Of a DNA stretch of 64,000 nt, positions 21,264 through 35,800 are shown piece by piece. Source of the stretch: Nemertoderma westbladi (Eukaryota > Animalia > Xenacoelomorpha); NCBI GenBank assembly GCA_032718475.1, contig JAUCBJ010007821.1, positions 1 to 64,000 on the forward strand, given 5' to 3'. The notes under the pieces were generated by a model. It had not been told where the DNA came from. It did no database searches and saw only the letters and a program-made list of their open reading frames with translations. A program made the translations under genes and the position numbers. The first letter of the stretch is position 1; every line of letters begins with the position of its first letter.

Positions 21264-23445
21264 TGTTACGGTATATGGCGCTGTATCCACATTATTAGTC
21301 ATTATGCAGTATGCAGTATTAGTCCGTTATGCAGTATGCAATATTAGTCCGTTATACTGTACGTAATATTAGTCCGTTGTGCAGCATGATATTTTAGATA
21401 AGGCATAATAGCGCAGTGGTATTTAGGTAGGGAAATCAAAACGCCCATATATTTGAAACCATCCATTTTGTATAGTATGTAGCCCTACCTACGTAATTTT
21501 GTATTAGGATATATGTAGATAGTTCCAGGGTAGCGAGTTTATTCGGACCCTGGATTTTGTGCTTGCTGATATTAGTTTGATAGGGCTAGCATATAGGGAC
21601 GCCGTCCTGGCCATTCAGCAGCCAGAGACGTGAACCATTACCATATATGGTAATAATTTGAGCAATAGGGCTACAATCCGGCCTCCTTATTGGATTAACT
21701 GCTTCCAGGTTGGTCTAATGCTAGCATGGACTGGAGAGCCAATAGGAGAGCGATTGAGTCACCCTATTGCATCATCCCATATGGATCACCTATAAATTGG
21801 CGGTGTGCCGGTAGAGCCTTACTGTTCAACCTGTTATCGATCGATTCAACCTTCACTGCTGTTGTACTTGCTGAGCTGTCTCTATTCAATTTTGACGGAT
21901 TTTAGAGTATTTTTGCAATTTGATTAATTTCTTGAAATGATTTGCTAGTGCGATTACTCTTGCTTGTGTTTCTCAATTAATTCCTTCGATTACTGCTAAT
22001 TACAACTGAACTATGATTTCTACCTTTTGATTAATGGTTCTATGTGATTCTTTTCTGCGCAATAATCCTAAGGGATTTCTGAGACTGTCAGACTTTGTGA
22101 TTTGCATGCGCCGCTACGGTAGCTATTAGCATAATGGAGGGCTAAGGCGCCAGTGGGCGGTGGGCACATCGGGGGGTTGAGCGACTAAGGGAGAGCGGAG
22201 GATTCAAAAGCGGGCAACGCTGGCGGGGGTCAACGTTGCGGTCGGGCAGTTTGGACTGTGGGTTGGAGACCGCTCGCCGGTACAGTAATTAGGGGGCTGA
22301 TGATCCAAGGTTTTGTCTCTATTTAGTATTAGGGGGCAGGAATTGGGTTAGTTAGGAAGCCTAGATGTACCCGGGAGGGGCCTGCATACCTTACAGTAAG
22401 TAAGTAAGTAAGTAAGTAAGTTGCGAAGTAAGTAGATTGCGAATTAGTCAATTGCGAATTATTATGTTGCGAATTATATAATTGCAGATTGTATAATTGC
22501 AAGTCGTGCTATTGTGATCTGTGATTGCTGACGCTGATTGGTGTGTTACTGAAGTGTGCCTATGATTACGAATGCTTAGGTAGGCGCCCCCTTTCCTTTT
22601 GATTGATTTCTATCTCTTAGTTTACTGTAAATAATTACTGATTAGGTCAAAGTAATACAGTATTTTAGGCTGTTACATATTTGTGACTGTAATTAATTAG
22701 TAAAATTAAGAATTAGTACGCAGCATAGCGGAGAGTAGCTAAGGTAATAATTAGAGTACCGTAAACTATTCACGTTGAGCGGTTATTTGAATTAGCGGGC
22801 AATAAACTAGATCGCAATAGTTAGTACGCAAGACACTAGTAAGTTGCTGGCCTAAAGCCAGCTGCAGGCAAGTTTAGACCCAGAGCGGTAACACCTACGA
22901 AAGACATTGTACTGTACCAATTTTGATTTATTTTAAATATTCTCGCATTCACACATTTCGTTAGGGAACCCTCCGTATTCGCGATTAGAAAAGACGTAGG
23001 CATTAGCGTACTTCAACAGTAGTAAAATTAGGCGTAAGAATATACTCTGAGTGCAAAGCCCCTCGCACTCGTCTTAAGTAAGCTTAGGGAGCCGACTCGG
23101 GTTTATTGTTTTGGTTATTCCCGCGTGGCTCATAGATTCGAACAGTTAGCTCTCTATCGAGCGATCGGTAGAGAAAGGAACAAGCGATTTTGCAGGAGCT
23201 GTGTAAATTTAGTAAAATATATTAGCGGACGGCAGATTAGCGCCATCCAACGGTAAGTAGCGGTTTTGTATTTAGCAACCCTTACAATTTAGTAATAGCA
23301 CGCTCCTGATCCCCTTTACTTAACAGTAGAGCAGTCTTTGTGTCTTATTGGTTAGGCGAGAGCTCATTAGGTTGGCAGAGAGGTATACGGGTATTTGTCT
23401 GTTCAACAGTTCTGCTGTTAGTATAGGTGTCGCGGTTGTTTAACA
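21264..23445 (+). repeat. 3' LTR of element 1 (2182 bp)
   Basis: TGTTACGG...TTTAACA, preceded by a weak purine tract GGAGCGG. Confidence 0.95.
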
Positions 23446-23450
23446 ACTTG

Positions 23451-25897
23451 GGAGATCCTTCCAAGCACTCGATGAGGTATCTAAGTTTTTCTCCATTAGA
23501 TAGTACAGAGTTCTGTATGTTATCTTTGTAATATTCATTAAAAGGTAACCATTTCATCTCATCTCCATTGAACTTGACGATCTCTCCCACCTTTACCGCT
23601 TGCCGGGCTTCGGTTCTAGCCATTTGACGCGTAAAACTTTCTTGGGCCATCGTGTTATTTAATATCGAGTTATCGGTATATAAATTTCTCGGATTATGAT
23701 CAGGTCTATAGGGAATGTCATTATCAACAGGTCTATAATTACCCTTAATAGGGTTCACTATAGGAGTTTCTACTTCGCTAGCAGTATATATGCGTGTAGG
23801 CTCCACACCTTGCGCATGCGATACTTCAGACCTAACAGGTTGACACATTGTTACAGAGGGTGGTGGTATACCCTTTTGGGTATTTACTAATTTATCGCGT
23901 TCGAGCGCGATACTTTGCTGCACTTCTTGCAACTCTAGCCTACTTTCCCTTACTGTGCCCTTGAATTGCTGGACAGTCTCCTGCATCTGCCCGAGCAGGA
24001 TATCCATCCCCCGCCGTCTCTCGTCCACCCATTCGACCGCCGAAGCGGGAGTCGCCAACGTTGTAGCGAGCGGACGAGGGACAACGGGCGACAAATCAGG
24101 AATATTTCGCTCGGGGTCCAGGACCTGAACTGTCTCCTGGGCAGTTCTACGGGGCACAGGTAGCTTAGTGCTATGCAGAGGGAATTTAGAGGTAGTTTCA
24201 GGGAGCACAGGTGTGTCTATCACCGAAGGGGTGATTTCAAGAACAGGCCTAATTATTTCAGGCTCATCTACTATAGTAGGGAGTCTTTCTATTTTAATTA
24301 TTTGGTCTGTGGGCTCTGTACTACCTAAGTTGGTGTTATTTAGTTGCCTTCTAACAGCTGGAGGCAAATCAGGCAATTTCTGACGGTGGAATGTTCTTTT
24401 ACGTCTACTTAGACGAGATCTATTTCCCTTGCCTTCAGTATCGGTGGTATCGCCTTCCTCAGATGATGTATATCCCTGTCTTTTGGGAGTAGATCGATTC
24501 ATCATCTGCATATTACTAGCTGTTAACTGTTTATTTATGCAGTCTTGATTCTCCTGAATGTTTTCCAATTCTAATTGGGTGGTTTCTTCAGTCGCTCTCC
24601 GTTCGGCTTCTGCCACTGCCTCCGCTACTGCTACTGCCGCTTTTGCCTCTGCCGCTGCCACTGCCGCTGCCGCTTTTGTTTCTGCTTCTGCAGCTGCCAC
24701 TGCTGCTGCTACTGCCGCTGCTTTTCTGTCTTCTATACGTTTTTTCTTTACTTGTTCTTCCTGGACTCGTGTGATGCGCAGTTGTTCATCAAATTTAGCC
24801 TGATTCGCAGCCCTCATTTCCACATCGATGGCATCCAACACAAGCTTGGTTCCTTCACTATTAGGGCTAAGTCCCTCTAACCTTCTCCTCAACTCGTCAT
24901 CACCTAAAAAACGTTGATAGTCTGACAGATAGATGTCAATGGCATCCCTCTTATGCAGTTTCTCTGCCGTCGCTTCACTTTCCACTTGGGAAAAAGTAGC
25001 GTCTGTTGATTCTCCATGGGTTGAGCGCTCCTCTAGCTGAGCTTTCCACTGAGCTGTTCCTTGAACCTGGAGACTCACCCGTTGAAACCAAGTCTTTACG
25101 GCAACTTGTAACGACGTGTCTTGCCTTCGTTTAGAAGCCTCCTCAAAGGCCGATAATATTAGCCTGATTCGTAGAACTCTTTCTCTAACTTGATAAAGCA
25201 GCAATCCCTGCTCTTGAGGTCCTTGAGGTTGTTGAAACAGTTGTTCTTTTAATCGCTCTATAGAGCTGAAGAATCCCTGTGCGTATCCGGCTGCGGACCT
25301 CTTCCACACAGCTGGATCTATGGTTTCCTTGGCTACTCCCATCCGGTGTATGTCTTCCCAGGCAGCTTCGGATAAATCAAACGGGAGTCCAGGTCCGGGA
25401 AAGTTCCATTGCGACTCGACCATGGACTTCAGTTCTTCCCTTGTGTATCCAGCATAACTATCTCTAGTTGAACGCTGGCTTCTTGCCCAATCGATCTGGT
25501 GTTCTTCCACAGCGATCAATAACCTAGTGAGTACGGCTGCAGGAAGGATGAGAAGGGGATCTGAATAAGCCTCATCCGTCATCCTTGTTCCGCGTTCGGG
25601 TGTCAGCTCTACAGTATCTTCACTACTGGAGCTGTTGGGCCGCTGAGAAATAAGTTCTTGGCTCGCGGGTTGTTGCTGTTCCGCTGCTTCTTGGTCCCGC
25701 TTGACCTGAGCTCGAGTGCCTATGACAGACCTACGATGTTGGACCAGCCTAGGTTCTTTTATTACTACTGGAGGGATGACCTTCCTCACAGTGGGAGGTG
25801 AACTGAACTTACGACCAGACGGTTCTACGTCTCTATCTGAGTCGCATATAGTTACATCTAATAAACTGTCTGACAGGTTCTGCTTAATATCAGACAT
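23451..25897 (-). pseudogene. 5' part of gag of the older BEL element, disrupted by element 1
   Basis: KFNGDEMKWLPF..LSNGEKLRYLIECLEGSP is the BEL gag motif. The ORF-track tail 23345-23445 is read-through into the inserted LTR. Confidence 0.88.
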
Positions 25898-28800
25898 GAC
25901 TATGTATACCGTTGAATGTCTACTGCTGTATTACAGTCTGAGCAAGTCTAGTAACTCAGTATTAACTGCTAGCCTAGTAATTAATTACCGGTACTGCTAC
26001 TCAGTGTAGCGTGATATATAATATATTAGAACACCGGTATGCTTATGGTATATATAACTATATAAGTATTATTACAGACTAGGTTTATCACAGAATACCG
26101 GTATAATTTTAGCACAAATATATATAAATATATAATAGGCCTATCGGGAATACCGGTATACAGCTTACAGTTTGTAGTATATATAATTCTAGACTAGAAT
26201 TAATTACAAGTACCGGTATAATTTCAGCCTAAATTTATAGAAATAAAGATAATAGGCCTATCGTAAATACCGGTATATCAATTATTTTAAATAATTGAAT
26301 TTCTGAATTTTAGGGTTACTTTGTTACTTTACTTACTTTATTACCGTTATTTGAGCAGTAGTCCAACTGATATTGAGACCTAATGGTTGTATGGTAGGCC
26401 TACTATTTATAAATCGTTAGATTTGATTTATAATATATATATACCCGTTTTAATGGGTTTTGTCAATGTTTGAAATAAATGTTATTATTTCTGGGGTAAT
26501 CACTACACAAAGCGGTACGCTTTCAGTGAAGTGTTACGTACAGGACACTAAAACAAATGATTCTAATTTACCTAAGTTACTTAATACTACAAATTACGTA
26601 CGATTCGGGTTGAGATTACAATCTCTAAATAAACACAAAAATTTACAAAAACACAAAATACGAATTTTTAGGGTAATTTTACAAGAAGTCTACAAACCAG
26701 CCTAACAAAGGGTTAGAAAACTGGTTATTACAACGGACAGGGTACTGCGGTTATTTGAAAATAATACGTAGTAGTAAATACACTGCGTTGTCCAGATAGG
26801 AAAATACCACCGCCTGACGACCTATAGCCGTATCGCTATAGGTTCTACGTTATGTATCACGGAGTGTTCCTACCTAGAAGTTAATAGAGCTAATCGAACG
26901 TGCCTATTAACCACTTTACAACACAAATATAATGCCTACACTAATTACTTTCGGAAAGCACTGTACACTAAACCCTAAATTAGGTACGAGTACTTGTACA
27001 ACAGATAATCAGTAGTTAAATATACTTGAACAGCTAAAAGAACCACGGCATCTGCTGGAGTGACCGATGCACAAAATCACCAGTCTTTACCTACGCCAAG
27101 CAGCCCGTGTAGTACCGGGGTTAATTTAACTATAGCGGTATGTATAACAAACACAATTACTGTAGGAACAAACTTGGGGAATGAATGTTGCGAATAATCG
27201 CATAAACTCTGAATAATAAATATTACGCTACGCGTACAAACTACTCAAACAAAATGCAGACCGAACACTGACAGACTACTATCAAGCCTAAACAAACTAC
27301 GGTATATGCAGACTCCGAAATAATTAGGTAGTATGCGTTCTAACCCAGTAGTACGACTTATTCTTTAATTGGGGGTTTACCTTACAGCGTTCGCTGCCCC
27401 TACTTCCTAACCGTTCTTTATCGGACAAGTGATCTACACACGCTGCAATCCGCTCAGACCTAATAACAGCCAGACAACTATCCAGCCTACAAATTATCTA
27501 AATAAAATTATACGCTACCCGTACAGACTTACACAAACAAAGTACAGACTAAACGATGGCAGACTACTCTCAAGCCTAAATAAACTACAGGACATGCAGA
27601 CTCCGAAATGATTAGGGAGTATGCGTTCTAACCCAGTAGTACGACTTATTCTTTAGTTGGGGGTTTACCTTACAGCATTCGCTGCCCCTACTTCCTAACC
27701 GTACTTAATCGGACAGGTGATCTACACACACTGCAATCCGTTCAGACTTAACAGCAATCAGACAACAGCTCAGCCTACAAATTGTCTGTACAATCTGATC
27801 AGGCTTACACGCCTTCTGTTCAATACTGGCCTACAAACAAATAAAACTTGACAGAAATAAGTAAAAATCTCAATAAAAAACCAGGGCTGCAGTCCCTGAT
27901 TAATTATTAAGGCCTACCGGTATATAACTATCAAAATCGAATAATACTAATGTACTTATACGGGAAGTACCGGTTAGGACAGTTAGGCCTACGGACCTAC
28001 AGAAGTACCGGTTCTGGCAGTTGGACCTACGGACCTACGGCAGTACCGGTTCTGGCAGTTGGGCCTACTGACCTACAGATGTACCTTTCAGGTTTACCGG
28101 TTGACCGGTACTTTCAACTTTATTGCTTACTGCAATAAAGAAGCTATATCCTTTAATGTTCGCGCTTTCAGACCTTTGGCAGTTTAATCCGCCAAATTAA
28201 GATGTCTTCTAGATATTAAATCGCTTTTTAGCCTATGACAAGTATTTGATTCACTACACTAGTCGAAACCAATCTGTGCGCGATCATTCACCCGCTGGAT
28301 ATTCCCGGGAGATTGGGTTCGACGGTTTAATTTTATTGCTATGTAAGCCTAATGTATTATTCGACTGACAGTATTATATAATCTCTGACAATATTATTCA
28401 CCTTCGGGAATATTAACAGTTCCTTTAGGACGTGGCGCTTTATCTATATAAACAGAGTTATGACTTAAACTACTCACAACGATATGGCTTAATTATAATT
28501 CACATATATGGCGCATTCTTTAGGAAATGCTTCTTTAACAGACTCACTCATACACAATGCTGCACAATACTGCACACTAATCTGCCAATCTTCACTGATT
28601 TTAGTCACATATAAAAGGAACACAGACTGACTCATGTAGGGTCTATCAAATAACATTAGATTCACTTCAAACCACTTTAACATAAGTCACAATCGTTATT
28701 GGTAACCTTTCTCTCTTACCTTCGGTATATCAAGAATATTGGGTTTCGGGGTTATTTCTCGTTATTCCAATATAATAATTCATCAACAAATATAATGAAT

Positions 28801-29363
28801 AACCGACAACAAATAGCAGTATACAGTATCGATTGAGCAGGTAATTTTAGCAGTTTCAGCAGTTATACGTCAGTTATTAAAAGCCGTGTGTGCCGTGTGT
28901 CAGCAGTGATTACGAAATTGCAGTTAAAGGATATATGTCCTTATAATTAAACCTACTAGTGTTGAGCTAAAAAGCAGAAAGCACAAAACACTACAAAGCC
29001 GTTCTTTCGTGGCTTTGAAAAACTCGTGACTACTACTCTATACGAGGATACCAACTACCCTTATTCCACGAAGCTCCCGTTCAACACAGAGAAAGAGCAG
29101 TGAGATAGGAAAATTTCAGTTCAGTAGCTCTGTGATAGGTCAAAATCAAGGCTAACTCAAATTCTATTGGGAGATACAAAAACAAGGCTATGACGCAACC
29201 TCCCTAGGCTGGTTGGCCGATTAAACAGAGCCCAGATACCTGCGTACAGCAAATCAGCCAGTAAGCTGGTAGCTTGCACTATTTTTAGCTATAGATCCCT
29301 TTAGAGTATTCTAGCGACCGGGGGGGAACTGGCCAACAAGGCAAACGAATCAGTTATCCCACA
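25898..29363 (-). other. Probable 5' leader and LTR of the older BEL element, boundaries uncertain
   Basis: Non-coding region upstream of gag with composition like element 1's leader. Candidate TG start at 29363. No second LTR in the window to confirm it. Confidence 0.3.
27272..27790. repeat. Diverged tandem duplication, period about 288 bp
   Basis: GACTCCGAAA...GTATGCGTTCTAACCCAGTAGTACGACTTATTCTTT at 27311 and 27599. Confidence 0.85.
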
Positions 29364-29457
29364 AAAGCTTTTACAATATTTGAATTCCCCTCCATGCCCC
29401 AACCCCCCCCCCCCCCCCCCCCCTCCAATATGTAGGCCTAGGTCTAATAATCAACAA

Positions 29458-29748
29458 CAAAAACGTGTTTTCATAATATAATTAATTTTGCCAGTTCAAC
29501 CAAAAACGTGTTTTCATAATATAATTAATTTTGCAAGTTTATCCAAAAACGTGTTTTCATAATATAATTAATTTTGCAAGTTCATCCAAAAATGTGTTTT
29601 CATAATATAATTAATTTTGCAAGTTCATCCAAAAACGTGTTTTCATAATATAATTAATTTTGCCAGTTCAACCAAAAACGTGTTTTCATAATATAATTAA
29701 TTTTACAACATCACCAAAAACGTGTTTTCATAATATAATTAATTTTGG
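29458..29748. repeat. 43-bp AT-rich minisatellite, about 7 copies
   Basis: Unit CAAAAACGTGTTTTCATAATATAATTAATTTTGCAAGTTCATC. Confidence 0.9.
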
Positions 29749-29765
29749 CCGAATTCAGCCACCGT

Positions 29766-31276
29766 AGTTAAGGTCTCACAACTGTATAGAAACCAACTGA
29801 ATCACAATCAATAAGTGCAACGGTTATATTATTAACACATATTAATCTCCTCTATTCTACTGAGTGGCCTGTCCAATAGATGCGCTCTAATCACTTCCAA
29901 TGCGTTTTCCCCACCCATCATTGGCTTAACCTGATTAATTGTCACCTCGCCACTCCCTGTTGCCACTATCCCCACGTGCTAGCCTTGCTAGCCCCTTTGT
30001 CCCTCTGAGATGGTTTGACCTCTCAACTTTCCATGTGGCTGGCGAAGTGTATCGCCTTAGTTGGTTATGAGGTGACATTATTATTGGTAATGTCACCTTC
30101 CCAACTATAATTGGTAAAATGCCACTAGTCCCATTTTCGGTGGGTAATCTGAGCGCACGGAGGCGCATCATCCGGACAAGCCGGCATTTATTTATGTTCA
30201 TTTAAAAGGGAAGTACAAAAGAAAATCAAATAGCAGAAGTATATAAAATAGCAATGTTAGTAAAATAATTGATATGACATTTGAGGATAATTAAAACAGA
30301 CTTTTACATCTGCATTTGAACACAAATATAAAAGAAAAATTTATTACAAGAACCATCTCAAAGAAAGAGAAACACAATTACAACATATTCAATACAAATT
30401 AAAAATATTGTGTCGTCCTTAATATTAATCCTTCAAAACCTGGAGGTCTCTCCAAGACGTAAAGCATCCCCCCCCCCCCCCTCCTTAAAGTTAAACCCAG
30501 TTTTTATCGTAATAATCAAGGATACACTGCCTTTTCAATGATATACTTGTTTTAACATCATTTAGGATGGAGTTTATGAGGATCTTGTTGAACTGATCAC
30601 GGTAGGTAAATTCTGGATACTGTTGACTTTTTAGAACTGCTTTAATATCATATCGGTGGCAACAGAGATATGGTAAACTAGGTGTAGTATATTTAAAAGA
30701 TCCCACTGCATAATCATCATAGATATTATCTTTAATTTGGCTAGTCATGTGCCGAGTTAGCACATGACTAAACAGATAAGTTACTTTTCTGTTATTGCAG
30801 TTGAAAGCTGCATAAATTGTACGGCAGTATGCATGGTGTACTAAGTTGCCTAGTCCTTGAGAACCAAATAGTAATAATAATGTATTATCAGATACATAAT
30901 TCCCTACGTGTAAAACACAGCGCATTGCTTTCCTCCAATATTTATCGAGTATATTGGTGCGGTAGTGCAAGGAATTGAATCCGCTTACACCCCCCCCCCC
31001 CCCCCATGCTATCTTCCCGGTGAGAAGATAGCATCAACCTTAAGTGCGCTTCAATTCCGCTGGAATCCAATCTAATATTGGATGTGGGGTGGAATTTTCT
31101 TCTCGGGGTCGGCTTTCCAGGCTGACCCCCATGGGTCTGTTATCACTACCCATCCTTGGTACATCTGCGAGCTAAGCTGTACCAAGGCATCTGGCGTCTC
31201 TGTTTTAGATGATCGCCCTCACTCCTCATACAATTTTACCTCTCGGACTTTGTTCTCCCTTCCTCTCTCACTAGTC
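29766..31276 (-). mobile_element. Decayed 3' end of a BEL-related LTR element (3' UTR, hairpin, PPT, truncated LTR)
   Basis: Reverse complement of 30990-31150 resembles 50041-50195 of element 2. The LTR starts at 30989 (TGTAAGCGGATTCAATTCC) and, with 29766-30148, matches the solo LTR 55998-56633. Confidence 0.8.
30149..30960 (-). mobile_element. Insertion in the LTR, probably a truncated non-LTR retrotransposon 3' fragment
   Basis: Absent from the solo LTR copy. Carries a 159-aa open frame resembling a post-RT LINE region, then an AT-rich tail. Confidence 0.45.
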
Positions 31277-31603
31277 CCTGTGCCTAACTTATTACAAGTT
31301 TGTGATTGGTCGATCCCGTGCCTAACTTGTTACATGTTTGTAATTAGTCCATCCCGTGCCTAATTTGTTTCAAGTTTGTAATTGGTCGTTCCCGTTCCTA
31401 ACTTGTTACAAGTCATTGTCATTGTCATTGACCTATGCCGTACCGGTACAGCATACTGCAGTACTGTTGTACTTGTAATGCTGTAATGTAAATAAATTAG
31501 ACTTCTCTGATTACTGATTATATTGATTTTAATTATAAATTATTTGTTGTTGGACTGCTGGGTCTATCTGAGTTACACGACTGCAATTCCGGTCACTGAT
31601 ATT

Positions 31604-32863
31604 ATGTCCTCTAAGCGAACCAGCACCTATGGTGCCGAAGCTGAGCCAACGACTGCCAGTTTTCGTCGAAAGAGTATCAACGCAAATGGATGCAAATCGG
31701 TTGGACTTGGAACTGACAAAACCAAACAGAAAGGCCAAATGGACAAACATTCAACCAGTATAATAGGCCTCAAGGGGTCGGCTGAAATCCCAGCTGGAGT
31801 CGGTACGAATCGTCCTGACGGCTACGGATAGTTCGAGATTGAATGTTCGGGAAAAAACTGCACAATCTCCATGATCTGCATTACAACTCGCGGCACTGAC
31901 TTCGGTAAAGTCGACTTTTACTGCGGGAAGTGTGCTAGAAGCCAACTAAATAGTATCTCACAAGCCTTAATCGAGAGTGAATTACGACTGGACGAGAAAA
32001 TAAAATCACATAGCCACCTACTCAAACAGTTAAATGAAACCATGGTGAAACACGAATAAAAAATGGAGTTACTTCGGTCAGAACTGAAGGATCATGTGGA
32101 CACTACAGAAGCATCAACTACTGCCCTTGAACAGGATGTCGACCGACTACGGGAGACCAACCAAGTAGTAGATATGCCTGTGACACCGCGTATGGACGAT
32201 GACGTTATTGCCGAGGATATCGCCAGTCAATGGCAGACTGCAGGTCTGGGGAACCGTAACCGCCGTTGGAATCGTAATAATATCCCACAAGCGAACCCGT
32301 CGAATATGGCCCTCCTCGCCCGTCAACTGAAGGATGAGGAAAGTGAGCATAGCAAACGAAAGAACAACCTTGTTGTAAAAGGACATACAGCAAATGATAA
32401 TGTAACTCAACTAATCATTAACATTGCATTTTCCCTCAACGTCGACTTAGCTGAAGCCGAAATAACTACGAAAAACATTAGAAGAAATGAAGATGAAAAT
32501 TTGCCACCAATAGTAATCGTAACTCTACCTGCAGTGAAAAAGTCAATGATTTTGAGGAAGGCGCGTGAACTACGACAATCTGAGAATTACAGCCATATAT
32601 ATATATCTCAAGATTATACACCAGCGGAAAGCAAGCTCCAATATGAGCTCCGTGAAAAACGACGTGCACTGATCACACAACAACCTGATAAGCAGTGGAT
32701 AATCTACCGAGGCCAAGTCAAAGATGCGGCTACGATCAAACAAGCCACTCGAGGACAACCTACAACACTTTCACCTAACGATCAAACACAATCGTCTCGC
32801 GTATTCTACAGATCTCCCCCATCAACCCAACCAACAGTCGATCTAACTCAGTCTCTAGATTGA
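31604..32863 (+). pseudogene. LINE ORF1 with two in-frame stops
   Basis: One frame with TAG at 31829 and TAA at 32057. Cys motif C..C...FYCGKC, coiled coil, KRKNNLVVKG..PIVIV..IYISQDYT typical of CR1/L2 ORF1. Confidence 0.75.
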
Positions 32864-32890
32864 CTTCGTGTATTTTCTTCACCTGTTGCT

Positions 32891-35800
32891 GTGAGCTCCA
32901 CTAACTCGGCTGTCTCACATTCAGATATTGCTCACTCGACTGCTCGAAGCTCAAGAATCTCAGATTTGGTTGACTCCGGCAACATTATTGACCAAGCAGG
33001 TACTGCTCAAGAAACCGACTGCAACGGTGATCAGCATATACAACCTCGAAGTCCATGTGACCAACATCGAGCAATATCTTTCAGCAATGTCAATGCACGT
33101 TCCATACGCAACAAAATCCCAAACATCATGGACTACGTCATCACTAAACGTATCAACATATGTGCTGTTACAGAGACTTGGCTAAGTAGTGACGATGACG
33201 CGGTTCGGGCACTTTGTCAAATCGCCGGATATTCTCTATTCGATTCACCCAGGCGAACTGGCAGGGGTGGCGGGACAGGGATAATTGCAGCACATCCATT
33301 CCACGCTAAACTTAGTCAAGACGGCGTGTTTGATTCTTTTGAATACTCAACATGGAAAATCTACAATGTAAAGAAACTAATATTTATTATTGTAATAATT
33401 TATCGACGCCCATATTCTACTAACCACCCTGTAACAGTTCAACAGTTTATCATTGATTTCCCTGTATTCATCGAACCTCTACTCACAATTAAGCAGAAAA
33501 TAATTATAACTGCCGACTTCAATATCCATATAAATGATGCTAATGACAACTACACTGCAAAATTCCTGGATCAAATAGCTGGAATTGGCCTCACCCAACA
33601 TGTCACGGTTCCGACTCATATATCAGGAAATACCATTGACTTAATCATCACACGGAACAATAATGAGCTACTAATCAGTAAACCATCCATAGGCGAGCAA
33701 TTATCTGATCATTACTTTGTGAATGCTCTCATCAAACACCCATTCTCTCTACCGACAATTAAAACGGTGACCTCTCGCAACCTTAAGGATATAAATCTGG
33801 AAAAGTTTCGGATGGACATACAACAGTCGGCATTATGTAAACAACACATCTACTCAACGCTTAATGTGGAATCCTCGGTGACTATGTACAATGATGAACT
33901 AACATCTATCATTGACCAACACGCACCATTAACCACCAGAAATATAAAAGTTCGCAACTCAAACCCCTGGTACAACGGCGCGCTCAGCGAATTAAAGCGA
34001 AAACGACGACAGGCAGAAAGAAAATGGAGACGGACTCGGCTGCCGCTCGACGCTGCTTACCTAGCTGCTGCTCGTGATCGTTACAGCCACGCCATAGCGA
34101 ACGCCCAGAAAAAGTTCTACACCAATAAAATCATCGCATGCGGCAAAGATCAGAAACAACTTTTCACATTCATAAAAACACTCACTATACCAACTGCAGA
34201 GCAAGAACTTCCTGCCCCTCACAGCTCACTCTCACTTCCTGATTCTTTTGGTGATTTCTTTGTTAACAAAATTGAAAAGATTCGAGATGAACTATCAGTG
34301 ATCCGAACTGAAATTAACAATGTACCGGTGTCATATAATGACGATGATGTTCCTCTGACTACAGCTGAATTCTCATGTTTTTCTCCGTGTACTGAAGAAG
34401 CTGTAAACAAACTGATTATGAATGCGCCCAACAAACAGTGCCCCCTTGATCCCATCCCGACTTTCATCTTAAAACAAGTAATAACTGAACTGTTGCCTTT
34501 GATTACCAACATTGTAAACAAATCAATAACAACAGGAAGTTTTCCTGAACAATGGCGTGAAGCAATAATTACAGCAGCCCTAAAGAATGTGAAACTCGAG
34601 TCCATAATATTCCAGAATTTTCGACCAGTCAGTGGATTGGCTTTTTTATCGAAACTCACTGAACGCGCAGCTATATCTCAGCTAATGCCGCACATCAAGC
34701 CTCTGTTTCCCATCAACCAATCAGCGTACATGCAGAACCACAGCACAGAAACGACCCTTCTCCGTGTGCATTCAGATATTTTAATGGCCATGGACGACCA
34801 ACGAGTAACACTTTTAGTTTTCCTAGATTTGAGTGCTGCTTTTGATACTGTTGATCGCAAAACTCTTCTCGACGTACTACGAACGAAAATGAATATAACC
34901 GATGTGGCTCACCAGTGGTTCACAGAATATCTTACAAATAGAACTCAGCGTGTGATAATCAAAGGATGCTGCTCAAAATCACTATGTGTCCGCCATGGGT
35001 TTCCCCAGGGCTCGTGCCTTGGCTGCATATTGTTTATAATATACGTAACGGCAATATACCAGATAATCGAACGCCATCTACCGGACGTACAAGGTTACGC
35101 CGATGATAACCAACTATATCTTTCTTTTAAACCTGACAGTGAATCGAACGAGAACGGAGCGGTAAAAGCTATGGAACTGTGCATTGATGAACTTCGCAAT
35201 TGGTTCATAAACAACTGGCTAAAAATAAATGATACCAAAACGGAATTTCTAATTATCGGTACTGATCAGCAACTATCGAAAGTAAATACATCATCAATTA
35301 CAGTTGGCGGCCACACAATAAATAAAACTGACAACGTTCGCAACCTTGGCGCTTATTTTGATAGTACAATGTCTATGAACACCTTTGTCACCAAAACGTG
35401 TAGCAGTGCATTCTATCACCTGAGAAATATACAGCGAATTCGACCGTTTTTAAACAAGACAACTACCGAGTCACTGATACACGCGTTTATATCGTCCAAA
35501 CTAGACTATTGTAATGCACTTTATTACGGAATTCCGGACTATCAAATAGCGCGTCTACAACGGGTTCAAAACGCGGCCGCTCGTTTGGTTTCGGGTGTTC
35601 GAAAGTTTGAACACATAACGGCAACGCCCACGCTGAAAGCACTGCATTGGCTGCCAGTAAAGAAGCGGATTGAATATAAAATAATACTCATTGTTTTTAA
35701 ATCCCTCCACAACAAAGCGCCGAAATACATCGATGAACTCATCAGCGTCTACCGCTCACCATACCATAGTCGATCTACTGATGCGCTTGTACTCCGTGTT

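Larger units (their letters stand above)
1061..23445 (+). mobile_element. BEL/Pao LTR retrotransposon (element 1), full length
   Basis: TG...CA termini, 5-bp TSD ACTTG (1056-1060, 23446-23450), paired LTRs, single gag-pol ORF in PR-RT-RH-IN order. Confidence 0.97.

Noticed and set aside
31829-32059. In-frame TAG/TAA in LINE ORF1 as a sign of a reassigned genetic code
   Set aside because: TAG/TAA end the gag-pol, ORF2 and Stealth ORFs at the expected positions; simple nonsense mutations suffice.
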